DNA of 64,000 nucleotides. It comes from Fimbriimonas sp. (lineage in GTDB: Bacteria > Armatimonadota > Fimbriimonadia > Fimbriimonadales > Fimbriimonadaceae). Shown here piece by piece: positions 57,690 through 64,000 of the stretch. Position 1 is the first letter of the stretch; each line of letters begins with the position of its first letter. The stretch covers positions 20,926 to 84,925 of the forward strand of contig JBMOJD010000002.1 of NCBI GenBank assembly GCA_049317025.1. The letters are read 5' to 3'. The notes under the pieces are model-generated. The model was not told the origin of the DNA. It searched no databases and was given only the letters and a program-made list of their open reading frames with translations. A program made the position numbers and the translations under genes.

Positions 57690-58535
57690 ATGTTCTCAAC
57701 TCTCAGTGCTGGTGCAATCGGTGTTCAGGCACCCAATCTTGAATCTGCCTTGAATGCCGCCAAAGTGGGAGGCTTTGCCGGGACCGAAGTCAACATTGCC
57801 GAGATCGCACGCCGGCTGGATTCGGATGGCGCTGAATCGCTCGGACAGATCATCGCCGCGAGCGGAATTCAGGTTGCGGCGTTCGGGCTTCCGACTAACT
57901 GGCGCGGCGACGAAGCCACCTGGCTTAGCGAATTGGAACTGCTGAAGACCTACGCCAAGGCCGCGGAGGCATTGGACATCACCCGAACGGCCACTTGGAT
58001 CATGCCCGCTTCGAACGACTTGAATTTTGACGCCAACCGAAGGTTCCACGTCGAGCGATTCGGCCCGATTGCCGAGATTCTTGGCGAGCATGGCATCTCG
58101 GTCGGTCTCGAATTCATCGGCCCCAAGACCTTGCGCGATCAGTTCCGCTATCCCTTCATCTACACCCTCGAAGCCATGCTCGACATGGGCGCGGAGATCG
58201 GCGACAATGTAGGTGTGCTGCTCGACTGCTGGCACTGGTTCACTTCGGGCGCAACCGTCGAAGACATCGAGGATTTGGTGGCCGAGGATGTTGTCTATGT
58301 CCACGTCAACGACGCGCCTTTGGGCCTCACGGTCGATGAGCAGCTGGACAACGTGCGCTGCCTGCCCGGCGAAACTGGCGTGATCGACACGGCTGGCTTC
58401 ATCGAAGCGCTGCGCACAATCGGTTACGATGGGCCAGTGACTCCCGAGCCGTTCAAGAAGGATCTCGCCGATTTGCCCGACGACGAAGCCCGGCTCCGAT
58501 TGGTGGGTGCGGCGACCAACAAGATTCTCGGCTGA
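57690..58535 (+). CDS. Sugar phosphate isomerase/epimerase (xylose isomerase-like TIM barrel)
   Basis: The track ORF begins at 57387, antisense to the lipoprotein gene. The in-frame ATG at 57690 gives 281 aa with family-typical GLEFIGP, DCWHW and YVHVNDA segments. Confidence 0.78.
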   Translation: MFSTLSAGAIGVQAPNLESALNAAKVGGFAGTEVNIAEIARRLDSDGAESLGQIIAASGIQVAAFGLPTNWRGDEATWLSELELLKTYAKAAEALDITRTATWIMPASNDLNFDANRRFHVERFGPIAEILGEHGISVGLEFIGPKTLRDQFRYPFIYTLEAMLDMGAEIGDNVGVLLDCWHWFTSGATVEDIEDLVAEDVVYVHVNDAPLGLTVDEQLDNVRCLPGETGVIDTAGFIEALRTIGYDGPVTPEPFKKDLADLPDDEARLRLVGAATNKILG

Positions 58536-58537
58536 AA

Positions 58538-59077
58538 TCAGCCGAGGAGCTTGCAGAAAATCGAAGTCGCAGCGTAGGTTCGGTCGGCCTGAAGTGAATA
58601 TTCAGGCACCGATCCGACGAACTGGTAGCCCAAGCTGTGGTAGAGCTTTTCGGCCGCCGAGCCCGAGTTCGTGTCAAGAACCAAAAGCCGTCGCCACACT
58701 CGTTTGGCTTCTTCCTCAATGGCGACCATGAGGCTCCGAGCGTAGCCGTTGCCTCGATGCGACGTGTGGACGAAGAGCTTTTGGACCTCGGCCCGGTGGG
58801 GGGCATTTTCGCGGTCGGCAAGCAGGAGCTGAACGGAGCCCACGATCTCGCCGTCCTTGCGCGCGACGAGGACGATGCGGCGCCCCGAGCTGATTTCCTT
58901 GAGCACGCCATCCCAGAACGAGGCGGCCTGCGAATCGGTGAGCGGGGGCAGAAAGCCGATGGAAGCGCCGTGGTCCACCGCGTCACGCATCAACTCGATT
59001 AGCTGCGGCAACGAGCGCAGCCCCACGCTAGACGAGATCGATTCGATGGTGACGGAGGAATCCAAGCCGCTGCTCAT
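58538..59077 (-). CDS. GNAT family N-acetyltransferase
   Basis: 179 aa. KLFVHTSHRGNGYARSLMVAIEEEA acetyl-CoA binding motif. ATGA overlap with the upstream NlpC/P60 gene. Confidence 0.8.
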   Translation of the reverse strand: MSSGLDSSVTIESISSSVGLRSLPQLIELMRDAVDHGASIGFLPPLTDSQAASFWDGVLKEISSGRRIVLVARKDGEIVGSVQLLLADRENAPHRAEVQKLFVHTSHRGNGYARSLMVAIEEEAKRVWRRLLVLDTNSGSAAEKLYHSLGYQFVGSVPEYSLQADRTYAATSIFCKLLG

Positions 59078-60486
59078 TCGCCATTGTTACCCGGATCGGC
59101 GGCTTTTGTGTTGGTTGACGTCGTTTCCACCGCGACCTTAGGGGCGGCAGGCTTCGGCTTGGCCGCGACTTGCTTCTTCGCCGCTGGGACCACCTTCGCC
59201 ACTCGCTTGGCCGTCACAAACCGCTTGTTGTAATAAGAGTCTTTGAGGCTGTTGACCTGGACTTTACCGCCGCCGGAACTGGCGTGGATGAACTTACCTT
59301 GTCCCATGTAGATCGCGACGTGGTTGATTCTGCGCGCTCGTCCAGTGCGGAAGAATAGAAGATCGCCTGCCTTGAGTGAGGAGCGGTCCACGGTCGCGCC
59401 GACTTTGGCCTGCTGGCCACTTGTGCGGGGCAGGGCAACGCCCTTGGCTCGGAAAACTTGACTGGTGAAGCCACTGCAATCCGTGCTGGATCGCGAGGCC
59501 GAACCGTAGTGATAGCGCACGCCGCGGAAGCTGTTCGCCTTGTCGAGCAGGTCGATGCCTGTGCTAGGCAGCTTGGCGTAACGGGCGGACGAGGTCACAA
59601 ACTTCTTCTTCTTCGAACGGTTGCTTGCGACCAGGTTTCGGCGGGGCGCCGGAGCTGGCGCAGAGGTCGGTTGGAGGAAGTCGCCGCGGACCCAGGCGCT
59701 CGTGCCCTTAGGGAATCGAGCCTTGACCCAATCGCCTTGAGATCCCAGAACGACAACCCTAGTTCCACTGCCGACGCGGGCGACGAGCGGGGAAGTGCTC
59801 GAAGCGCCCTTGCGAACGGCAACGCTCTCGGAGACGACGACCGCGTACTTTGATCGGAGAACGCCCGAAGCTTTGGTGACCGGCTTACTCAACTTCTGCG
59901 CCACCAGGGTCTTGGGGGCCGCACCGCTTGGTAGTGTCAGCACCATTCCCGGTTTGAGCTTGTTCCAGGCCACGGTCGGGTTCGACTGGCGGATCGCCTT
60001 GGGAGTTGTGCCCGTGTGCTTGGCGATGATCCAGTCATTGTCGCCGGGTCGAACCACGTAAGTCGAGGTTCGCTTTTGTGCGGTAGCGCGGTCGCGGAGC
60101 GCCGCGGCGGCAAGAAAAACGGGGTTGATCGGGGTCGCAGGCGTCTTGGTCGCAACCTTAGCCGCAGGCTCAGCGACGACGGAAGTGGTTTGCTTCGCCG
60201 GACGTCGCGAGGGGGAAATCGAAGCCACTTGGGCCACTCCGGGGACGGTGAGCTTCATCCCGAGCTTGAGGCGCGATTTCGCTGTCAAGCCGTTGGCGTG
60301 AAGGAGGTCCTTCTGAGAAATTTTGTAACGGTGCGCGATCTCCGAGATCGTGTCGCCGTTCTGAACGGTGTGCGTTTGTCCGGCGAAAGCCGAGCAAGCA
60401 CAAACCATCGCAATGCCCAAGGTCAGCGTCTTTGTAGGAATCGTGATCCTCCCGAGTGGCCGCGGCCAACTTTCCCCAGATTTCAA
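59074..60486 (-). CDS. Peptidoglycan endopeptidase: 2x LysM + SH3-like + NlpC/P60 domains
   Basis: 470 aa. LysM repeats (HTVQNGDTISEIAHRYKISQKDLLHANGL; YVVRPGDNDWIIAKHTG). SH3b-like segment (VARVGSGTRVVVLGSQGDWVKARF). NlpC/P60 core with DCSGFTSQVF catalytic Cys and INHVAIYMGQGKFIHAS. TTG start. Confidence 0.88.
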   Translation of the reverse strand: MKSGESWPRPLGRITIPTKTLTLGIAMVCACSAFAGQTHTVQNGDTISEIAHRYKISQKDLLHANGLTAKSRLKLGMKLTVPGVAQVASISPSRRPAKQTTSVVAEPAAKVATKTPATPINPVFLAAAALRDRATAQKRTSTYVVRPGDNDWIIAKHTGTTPKAIRQSNPTVAWNKLKPGMVLTLPSGAAPKTLVAQKLSKPVTKASGVLRSKYAVVVSESVAVRKGASSTSPLVARVGSGTRVVVLGSQGDWVKARFPKGTSAWVRGDFLQPTSAPAPAPRRNLVASNRSKKKKFVTSSARYAKLPSTGIDLLDKANSFRGVRYHYGSASRSSTDCSGFTSQVFRAKGVALPRTSGQQAKVGATVDRSSLKAGDLLFFRTGRARRINHVAIYMGQGKFIHASSGGGKVQVNSLKDSYYNKRFVTAKRVAKVVPAAKKQVAAKPKPAAPKVAVETTSTNTKAADPGNNGE

Positions 60487-60540
60487 CTGCGAAATCTCTC
60501 TTTTAGGATACCAGGGGTAGTTTGGCCTGTCAATAAATGA

Positions 60541-61440
60541 ATGTGGAAAACCGAGGGGCGAAGTGTGTTGTGGCTGGTACCCTTTCCGCCGGTCGTGCTC
60601 AGCATCCTCATCGTGAATTGGAATACGCGAGATCTTCTCCGCGCCTGTTTGGCGTCAATCTTGCGATATCCTCCGAGCGGCGAGTTCGAAATCATCGTCG
60701 TCGAAAACGCATCCCACGATGAGAGTGCGCCAATGGTCGCGTCAGAGTTCCCTCTTGTGAAGTTGATCACAAATGTGAAGAACCTCGGGTATGCGGCCGG
60801 GAACAACCAGGCTTTTGCCGCGGCTCGTGGCGATTGGTTGCTGACCCTGAACCCAGACACCGAGTTTCGCGACGACAGTCTCGACCGGGCGGTTGCCACG
60901 TTGGAGCAGAATCCGGCGTTTGGTGTGCTCGGCATTCGCCAAATCGGAACGGATGGCAACATCCAGTCGAGCGTGCGTGGGTTCCCCACGCCTTCAAATC
61001 TGCTCGCAGACTTTCTCGGCATCGGCTCGGCCTATCGGCTGGCAAACTTTGATTACTCCAAGCAAGGCCCGGCCCCCCAGCCGATGGGCACTTTCTTGTT
61101 GTTTCGGCGCGCCGCGCTCGAATCAGTGGGCGACGCCAAGGCCCCCTTCGACGAGGGATTCCCCATTTTTTTCAATGAGGTCGATCTTCTTTTCCGGTTG
61201 AACCGGGCGGGCTGGCCCTGCCTCTATACTCCGGACGCTTCGATCCTTCACTATGGAGGCGAGAGTACCAAGCAGGTCCGAAAGAGCATGATCTGGGAAT
61301 CGCATCGAAGTCTGATCCGGTATCTGCGAAAGCACCATTCTCGAGACTTCGGTGCAGTCGCGTTGCCCTTCCTTTCCTTGCTTATTGTTGCCGCTGCTTT
61401 CTTCCGAGCCCGAGGATATCATGCCGGATTTCGATCTTAG
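60541..61440 (+). CDS. Glycosyltransferase family 2
   Basis: 299 aa. LSILIVNWNTRDLLRACLASI, IIVVENASHDES and LNPDTEF (DxD-type) motifs. Confidence 0.85.
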   Translation: MWKTEGRSVLWLVPFPPVVLSILIVNWNTRDLLRACLASILRYPPSGEFEIIVVENASHDESAPMVASEFPLVKLITNVKNLGYAAGNNQAFAAARGDWLLTLNPDTEFRDDSLDRAVATLEQNPAFGVLGIRQIGTDGNIQSSVRGFPTPSNLLADFLGIGSAYRLANFDYSKQGPAPQPMGTFLLFRRAALESVGDAKAPFDEGFPIFFNEVDLLFRLNRAGWPCLYTPDASILHYGGESTKQVRKSMIWESHRSLIRYLRKHHSRDFGAVALPFLSLLIVAAAFFRARGYHAGFRS

Positions 61441-62317
61441 TATCACCATATGTAGCTGGAATACTCAAAGCGATCTGCGGGATTGCTTGGCCAGCTTGGA
61501 GCAAGCGCGAGACGAAGGCAGTTTCGAAGTGATAGTGATCGACAACAACTCCGAAGATGGCTCTCCCGACATGGTCGCCGCGGAGTTCCCTTGGGTACGG
61601 CTCTTCCGGATGGAGAAGAACTTGGGCTTCACCGGTGGCCACAACTTCGCCCTTGAGCGTCGGCAGGGCCGCCACGCCTTTCTGTTGAATAGCGATACTG
61701 TAGTGCATGCCGGTGCCTTGCGAGGGCTTTTGCAATATGCCGAATCCCATCCTGAGGTTGGGATTATTGGTCCGAAGCTGCTGAATCCCGATGGTTCGCT
61801 TCAATACAGTTGCCGAAGATTTCCGAACCCAGTGGCCGCACTCTTTCGAAACACACCCATCGGCAAACTCTTCCCGAACAATCGTTGGACCCGGGATTAT
61901 CTGATGCAAGACTGGGACCATAATCTGGAATGCGAGGTTGACTGGGTTTCGGGTGCGGCATTCTTAGTGCGTGAGGAAGTGATGGCGAAAACCGGTTTTT
62001 TCGATCCCGAGTACTTCATGTACTGTGAGGACACCGATTGGTGCTTCCGCACCTGGGCGGCGGGCTACAAGGTGGTCTACTTGCCCGAATCGGTTGTCAC
62101 CCACGCGATTGGTCGCAGCACAGACAAAGCCCCGAACCGCATGATTGGTCGCTTCCATCGGTCCATGCTAAGGTTCTACACCAAGAATATGCTCCCGCAG
62201 ACCCCCGCGCCCTTACGGCCCTTTGCATTTGCGGGAGCGGCCCTTGCGCTTGCCCTGCGGGCCTCGGTTTTCATAACAAAGAACAAGATTGACGAGCTGC
62301 GCAGGAGATCCGGATGA
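61421..62317 (+). CDS. Glycosyltransferase family 2
   Basis: The in-frame ATG at 61421 (MPDFDLSITICSWNTQSDLRDCLASL) gives 298 aa. VIVIDNNSEDGS and LNSDTVV motifs. 20-nt overlap with the upstream GT2. Confidence 0.85.
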   Translation: MPDFDLSITICSWNTQSDLRDCLASLEQARDEGSFEVIVIDNNSEDGSPDMVAAEFPWVRLFRMEKNLGFTGGHNFALERRQGRHAFLLNSDTVVHAGALRGLLQYAESHPEVGIIGPKLLNPDGSLQYSCRRFPNPVAALFRNTPIGKLFPNNRWTRDYLMQDWDHNLECEVDWVSGAAFLVREEVMAKTGFFDPEYFMYCEDTDWCFRTWAAGYKVVYLPESVVTHAIGRSTDKAPNRMIGRFHRSMLRFYTKNMLPQTPAPLRPFAFAGAALALALRASVFITKNKIDELRRRSG

Positions 62318-64000
62318 AAGAGAATCGATTGGTATTGGGTCTGCTTGCGCTGGCGGCGTTCCTGGTTCCGTGGATGGGGGGCCAGATTGCCGTTGGCGAC
62401 CCTTCGATTGAACCAGGTTCCGCGCTTTCCGCCATCTTCTTCGCCGGCGGGGCGGCCACGCTCTCGCACGCACTCCTCGGCCTCATTGCCGCCATCGCGC
62501 TCGGCCTGATGCTTCGGCGACGCGTGGTTCAGGTGCCACGGCCCGCCCTGGTGATTCCGCTCGGCCTCTGGGGTGTATTCCTCATCTGGTCAGTGGGTGT
62601 GTCCGATTTCCGATTTGAATCGCTAAGAACCTTCGTGGGGTTTGCCCTCTACTCGGTGATCTTCTTTGCCACAGTCGCCGCGGTCGGTCGCCAAGCCGGG
62701 CCCAAGACGATCCTAGTGGCTCTCTTCGCGGGCGGATTCCTCTGTGCGTTGATCGGCCTTTTTGAATATGCCGGTATGAAGTCCCAGGATCCGAACTGGC
62801 GAATCTTTGCCAACTGGAATAACCCGAATGCGGCGGCGGCGGCGCTCCTCGTCTCCTTCATCATCGGGGTTGGCCTCACCATCACATCCGAGCGTGTCCT
62901 TGCTCTTTTATCCGGGTTTGGGACCGTGCTCATTGGCCTTGCGCTCGTGCTCACCGGGTCCAAAGGTGGCTTTGCCCTGGCTTTGCCCATCGCGATGGCT
63001 TGCCTTGGCGGCGGTTTCCTTCGGTTGCCCAATCGCTCGGCGGTGTCTGGACTTCTCATTGGCGTAACCGTCGTGGGAAGCGGATTCCTCTTCCTCAAGG
63101 GCTTCCTTTGGTTTGCGTTTCCCCTTGGCGCGGTGGCGTATGGCATTGGAGTCTGGGCCCACGCCAAGCCCCGAGATCGATCAGTTCAGCTGGTGCGTCC
63201 TCTCGCGATCTTCGTGGCCCTGGGCGCGATGATCGGCCTTTTGCAGTTCCAAGCCAACCAGCCGGTGCAGACGTCGGATGGCCAAACTGTCCAGCATGCC
63301 GCTCCCCTCAGCCGCATCAGCAATGCGTCGCAGACCCAAGACCAATCGTCCGAGTTCCGCCTCAACCTTTGGCGCACGACCTTCTTCCTGATCCGCCAGC
63401 GACCGATTGGTGTCGGCCTTAGTGCCTTCCAATTCGAATCTGGCCGGGCGAGTCTGGCCACTCAGACGGTCTTGGCCCACAACTCCTATTTGCAGATGGC
63501 AGCGGAAGCATCGGTCTTGGGGTTGCTAACATTCCTCACGTTTGGCGTGGTTTGGCTAGTCCATGTGCACCGGGGTGCGCTCGCGCTGCCAACCGAGCGG
63601 TCCGTGTTGCGCTCGACGGTGGTGGCGGCCGTGGTCGGCCTGATGATCCACAGCTTGGTCGATAGCGATCTTTACTACTTTGGTCTTGGTTTCATTCTCT
63701 TCTTGCTACTTGGTCTCGGGCTCTTGCTGAGCGGAGATGCGGTCGCGCCGGAGTCGCTGCCCGGTGGCATGCGGGCCGTTGGCGGCGTCTTCGCTGGCTC
63801 GCTGGCGTTAGTACTGCTTCTGATGGGAGTCGCTGAGTTCCAAGTTGGGGTCGCTCGGGCATATCTGCAGGTCCAAGATGTGGCCAAGGCGCGCAGTGCG
63901 CTGGACTCGGCGAAGGGACTTGCCCCCAACAGCCCATCTGTCTGGGCCACTCAGGCCCTGATGGCAAGATCGCAGGAAGAACAACTTGCGGACCTTGCGA
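62314..64000 (+). CDS. O-antigen ligase/polymerase (Wzy_C) family membrane protein with C-terminal TPR-like region, 3' partial
   Basis: Absent from the ORF track because there is no stop in the window. Manual translation from ATG 62314 (ATGA overlap with the GT2 stop) stays open to 64000: MKENRLVLGLLALAAFLVPW... There are many hydrophobic segments. Wzy_C-like motifs LTGSKGGFALA and LAHNSYLQMAAEAS, then ARAYLQVQDVAKARSALDSAKGLAPNSP. Confidence 0.7.
   Translation, partial: MKENRLVLGLLALAAFLVPWMGGQIAVGDPSIEPGSALSAIFFAGGAATLSHALLGLIAAIALGLMLRRRVVQVPRPALVIPLGLWGVFLIWSVGVSDFRFESLRTFVGFALYSVIFFATVAAVGRQAGPKTILVALFAGGFLCALIGLFEYAGMKSQDPNWRIFANWNNPNAAAAALLVSFIIGVGLTITSERVLALLSGFGTVLIGLALVLTGSKGGFALALPIAMACLGGGFLRLPNRSAVSGLLIGVTVVGSGFLFLKGFLWFAFPLGAVAYGIGVWAHAKPRDRSVQLVRPLAIFVALGAMIGLLQFQANQPVQTSDGQTVQHAAPLSRISNASQTQDQSSEFRLNLWRTTFFLIRQRPIGVGLSAFQFESGRASLATQTVLAHNSYLQMAAEASVLGLLTFLTFGVVWLVHVHRGALALPTERSVLRSTVVAAVVGLMIHSLVDSDLYYFGLGFILFLLLGLGLLLSGDAVAPESLPGGMRAVGGVFAGSLALVLLLMGVAEFQVGVARAYLQVQDVAKARSALDSAKGLAPNSPSVWATQALMARSQEEQLADLA

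Noticed and set aside
62376-62381. G6 homopolymer near the 5' end of the O-antigen-ligase-family gene as a phase-variation tract. A similar G7 lies at 17584-17590.
   Set aside because: Runs of 6-7 G are short for slipped-strand switching and are expected in high-GC coding DNA. The 17584 run encodes the obligatory LSGG ABC signature.

Overview
This is a high-GC bacterial chromosomal segment that is almost entirely coding: about 66 protein genes, one tRNA-Gln, and no rRNA. Most of it is core housekeeping and cell-envelope functions. These include dnaB (partial)-guaB, hisS, murA-mreB, lon-hsp20, topA, yacL-like PIN/TRAM plus ispDF, ispE, gatCA, pth, uppP, wecB, ppa and msrA. There is also a BMP-type ABC importer, three peptidyl-prolyl isomerases, a LysM/SH3/NlpC-P60 hydrolase, and a GT2-GT2-O-antigen-ligase cluster that runs off the 3' end. 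An outer-membrane-type beta-barrel, LolA-like proteins and a PEP-CTERM protein occur alongside yacL-ispDF synteny and Cys-less TopA C-terminal repeats. That combination suggests a diderm from a Terrabacteria-like lineage such as Armatimonadota, but this is inference only. I found no CRISPR array, integrase, transposase, phage genes, restriction or defence-type ATPase/nuclease modules, or toxin-antitoxin pair. I therefore do not claim a novel defence or mobile system in this window. Two architectural signals are the most worth a second look. (a) A -10-like hexamer recurs 5-9 nt upstream of start codons with no Shine-Dalgarno, suggesting widespread leaderless mRNAs. (b) Eleven of 13 convergent gene junctions abut or overlap with no terminator. 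Several odd or uncharacterised proteins also stand out:
- a secreted clan-CD (legumain/caspase-fold) peptidase with a canonical EF-hand loop
- a triple-YbjQ fusion
- a MarR plus cytosolic lamin-tail-domain pair next to a tandem direct-repeat operator
- a tail-anchored tandem Tudor-like protein
- an overlapping small membrane protein plus zinc-ribbon pair
- a lower-GC islet carrying a PEP-CTERM protein and a beta-propeller
- an envelope foldase cluster
All functional calls rest on motif recognition by eye. No database searches were run.
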